Source: a virus
Lineage: Duplodnaviria > Caudoviricetes
Virus record (IMG/VR): IMGVR_UViG_3300032373_001184
Span: 1 to 38,086 of that record
Length of the DNA: 38,086 nt
Reading direction: 5' to 3' (one strand)
Shown here: piece by piece, positions 37,030 through 38,086 of the stretch
Numbering within the stretch: position 1 is the first letter of the stretch
Layout: each line of letters opens with the position of its first letter
The notes under the pieces: generated by a model
Databases searched by the model: none
The model's input: only the letters and a program-made list of their open reading frames with translations
Told to the model about the DNA's origin: nothing
Program-made: the position numbers and the translations under genes

Positions 37030-37333
37030 ATATGAACGGTATGAGCCGTCAGGTATTGTATTTTTCAATGTAACTTTTAGCCTCTGGGTAGCGGTTCACA
37101 AAGCTATTTAAGAAGTTTTGCATGTTGTTTTCGCGCTGGGTTAGTACCTTTTTGAACTTTGCAATATCTTTTTTTTGTTCTAACATCTGGAACACAAGCT
37201 CCAAAAAAGTGTTATGTTCAACTGGTGAGAGGTACGACATTGGGTGTTTTTTCGGTCTCTTTGTAATCTGGTTTGATTTAGATTCCAATTGCTTTTGAAG
37301 AAGTGCTATTGTTGTGTTTTGAGTGACTATGAT
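37030..37333. repeat. Diverged direct repeat, copy B (partner 1402-1697)
   Basis: Same antirepressor C-domain and 3' hairpin. Confidence 0.85.
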
Positions 37334-37696
37334 GTTTTCAAGTTCTGCTTTAATTTCAGGCTTCATTGCATAGCCCTTATTGAAATAATCATGAAGAACC
37401 TTAAACGCTTCGTTTTTGTATTCGATTAGTTTTTCTCTAACTTCTGGCTTTACTCGGTTTGGGTTAATACTGAAAAGCCAACCGTTTAGTTTTTCGTATG
37501 GGATTGCGAAAACTTTTTGGATGCCACCATTTGTTTTAACTTCAATAAGTTTACTTTGGTAAGTTGAGTCAGATTGTAGTTTTTTATATTGTCTTTTGTA
37601 TTCAATGCCAATATTTTCACAAATGTCTTTTACGACAACTAATTCACCAATAACTTCTAACTTGTCTGCTTTAAAATCAATCTTGATTAAATCCAT
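37049..37696 (-). CDS. P22 Ant N-terminal-domain antirepressor-like protein
   Basis: VKDICENIGIEY..Q..KL, LNGWLFSINPNRV, VLHDYF. Confidence 0.85.
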   Translation of the reverse strand: MDLIKIDFKADKLEVIGELVVVKDICENIGIEYKRQYKKLQSDSTYQSKLIEVKTNGGIQKVFAIPYEKLNGWLFSINPNRVKPEVREKLIEYKNEAFKVLHDYFNKGYAMKPEIKAELENIIVTQNTTIALLQKQLESKSNQITKRPKKHPMSYLSPVEHNTFLELVFQMLEQKKDIAKFKKVLTQRENNMQNFLNSFVNRYPEAKSYIEKYNT

Positions 37697-37740
37697 AATA
37701 GTACCTCTTAATGGCTGTGTTTTACAGCTTATTTAAGAGA

Positions 37741-37769
37741 ATTGTATTGTAAATATTTGTCTTTGTCAA
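37741..37769 (-). promoter_or_regulatory. Sigma70 promoter of the third antirepressor-like gene
   Basis: TTGACA-N17-TACAAT. Confidence 0.7.
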
Positions 37770-37852
37770 GTTATTATATTGATTTACGCAGTCATTGAAG
37801 TTTATAGTATGTATTTCTACAATAATAAGGGTGTGTCCTTATGTACACTACC

Positions 37853-38086
37853 TTATTCAATCGCCCTTTTTATGGCACTTTTTAAGGTATCGTAGTCGCT
37901 CAATTGTTTTTTAAGTTCAATATTCTCTAAATACATTTCAATAGCCTTTTGTAATTGTTCACTTACTTTTCCTCTTGAAGCAACACTATTCATAGTATCA
38001 GGCTTGTATCCTATTGCCTCACCAAGTTGTTTATAAGTAAGACCTAAATCTTTACAAGTTTTTTTTACAATATTTTCGTCTTGCAC
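37853..38086 (-). CDS. Small XRE-like HTH regulator
   Basis: NIVKKTCKDLGLTYKQLGEAIGY. Confidence 0.8.
   Translation of the reverse strand: MQDENIVKKTCKDLGLTYKQLGEAIGYKPDTMNSVASRGKVSEQLQKAIEMYLENIELKKQLSDYDTLKSAIKRAIE

Larger units (their letters stand above)
1..38086. mobile_element. Lambdoid temperate prophage (siphovirus morphology), near-complete; att sites not visible
   Basis: Integrase, cI/cro switch, replication, terminase, portal, capsid, tail tube, tape measure and lysis genes in canonical order; no tail sheath gene. Confidence 0.95.

Noticed and set aside
1402-37333. Near-terminal direct repeats as attL/attR or as DGR template/variable repeats
   Set aside because: They are diverged coding paralogs with changes at all four bases, mostly third positions; copy A lies inside int/xis; no reverse transcriptase in the window

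Overview
The whole window is an AT-rich, lambdoid-style temperate siphovirus prophage. The host is probably a Campylobacterota member, inferred from AAGGA RBSs, TGnTATAAT promoters and leaderless genes. Order: integrase/xis; a leftward early operon (ASCH-like, PAPS-reductase-like, SSB); an OL/OR immunity region (cI with S24 peptidase, cro, five TGTTA-N7-TAACA operators); a rightward early operon (replication initiator, C5 DNA methyltransferase, a second intact tyrosine recombinase); cos/terminase; lambda-type portal; protease-capsid fusion; tail; lysis. The att sites are probably outside the window. Main unexplained signals: (1) three near-identical ~75-100 bp cassettes, plus a fourth analogous one, each a long RNA hairpin with an antisense promoter in its loop driving a different small gene; (2) a moron encoding a lipoprotein cytochrome c plus a secreted PD-(D/E)XK-like protein; (3) three antirepressor-like modules with swapped N-domains, a shared C-domain and their own small regulators; (4) a single in-frame TGA followed by a hairpin in the tape-measure gene; (5) a leaderless 30-aa antisense membrane peptide before the tape measure gene. 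All calls come from reading the sequence by eye; no database searches were run.
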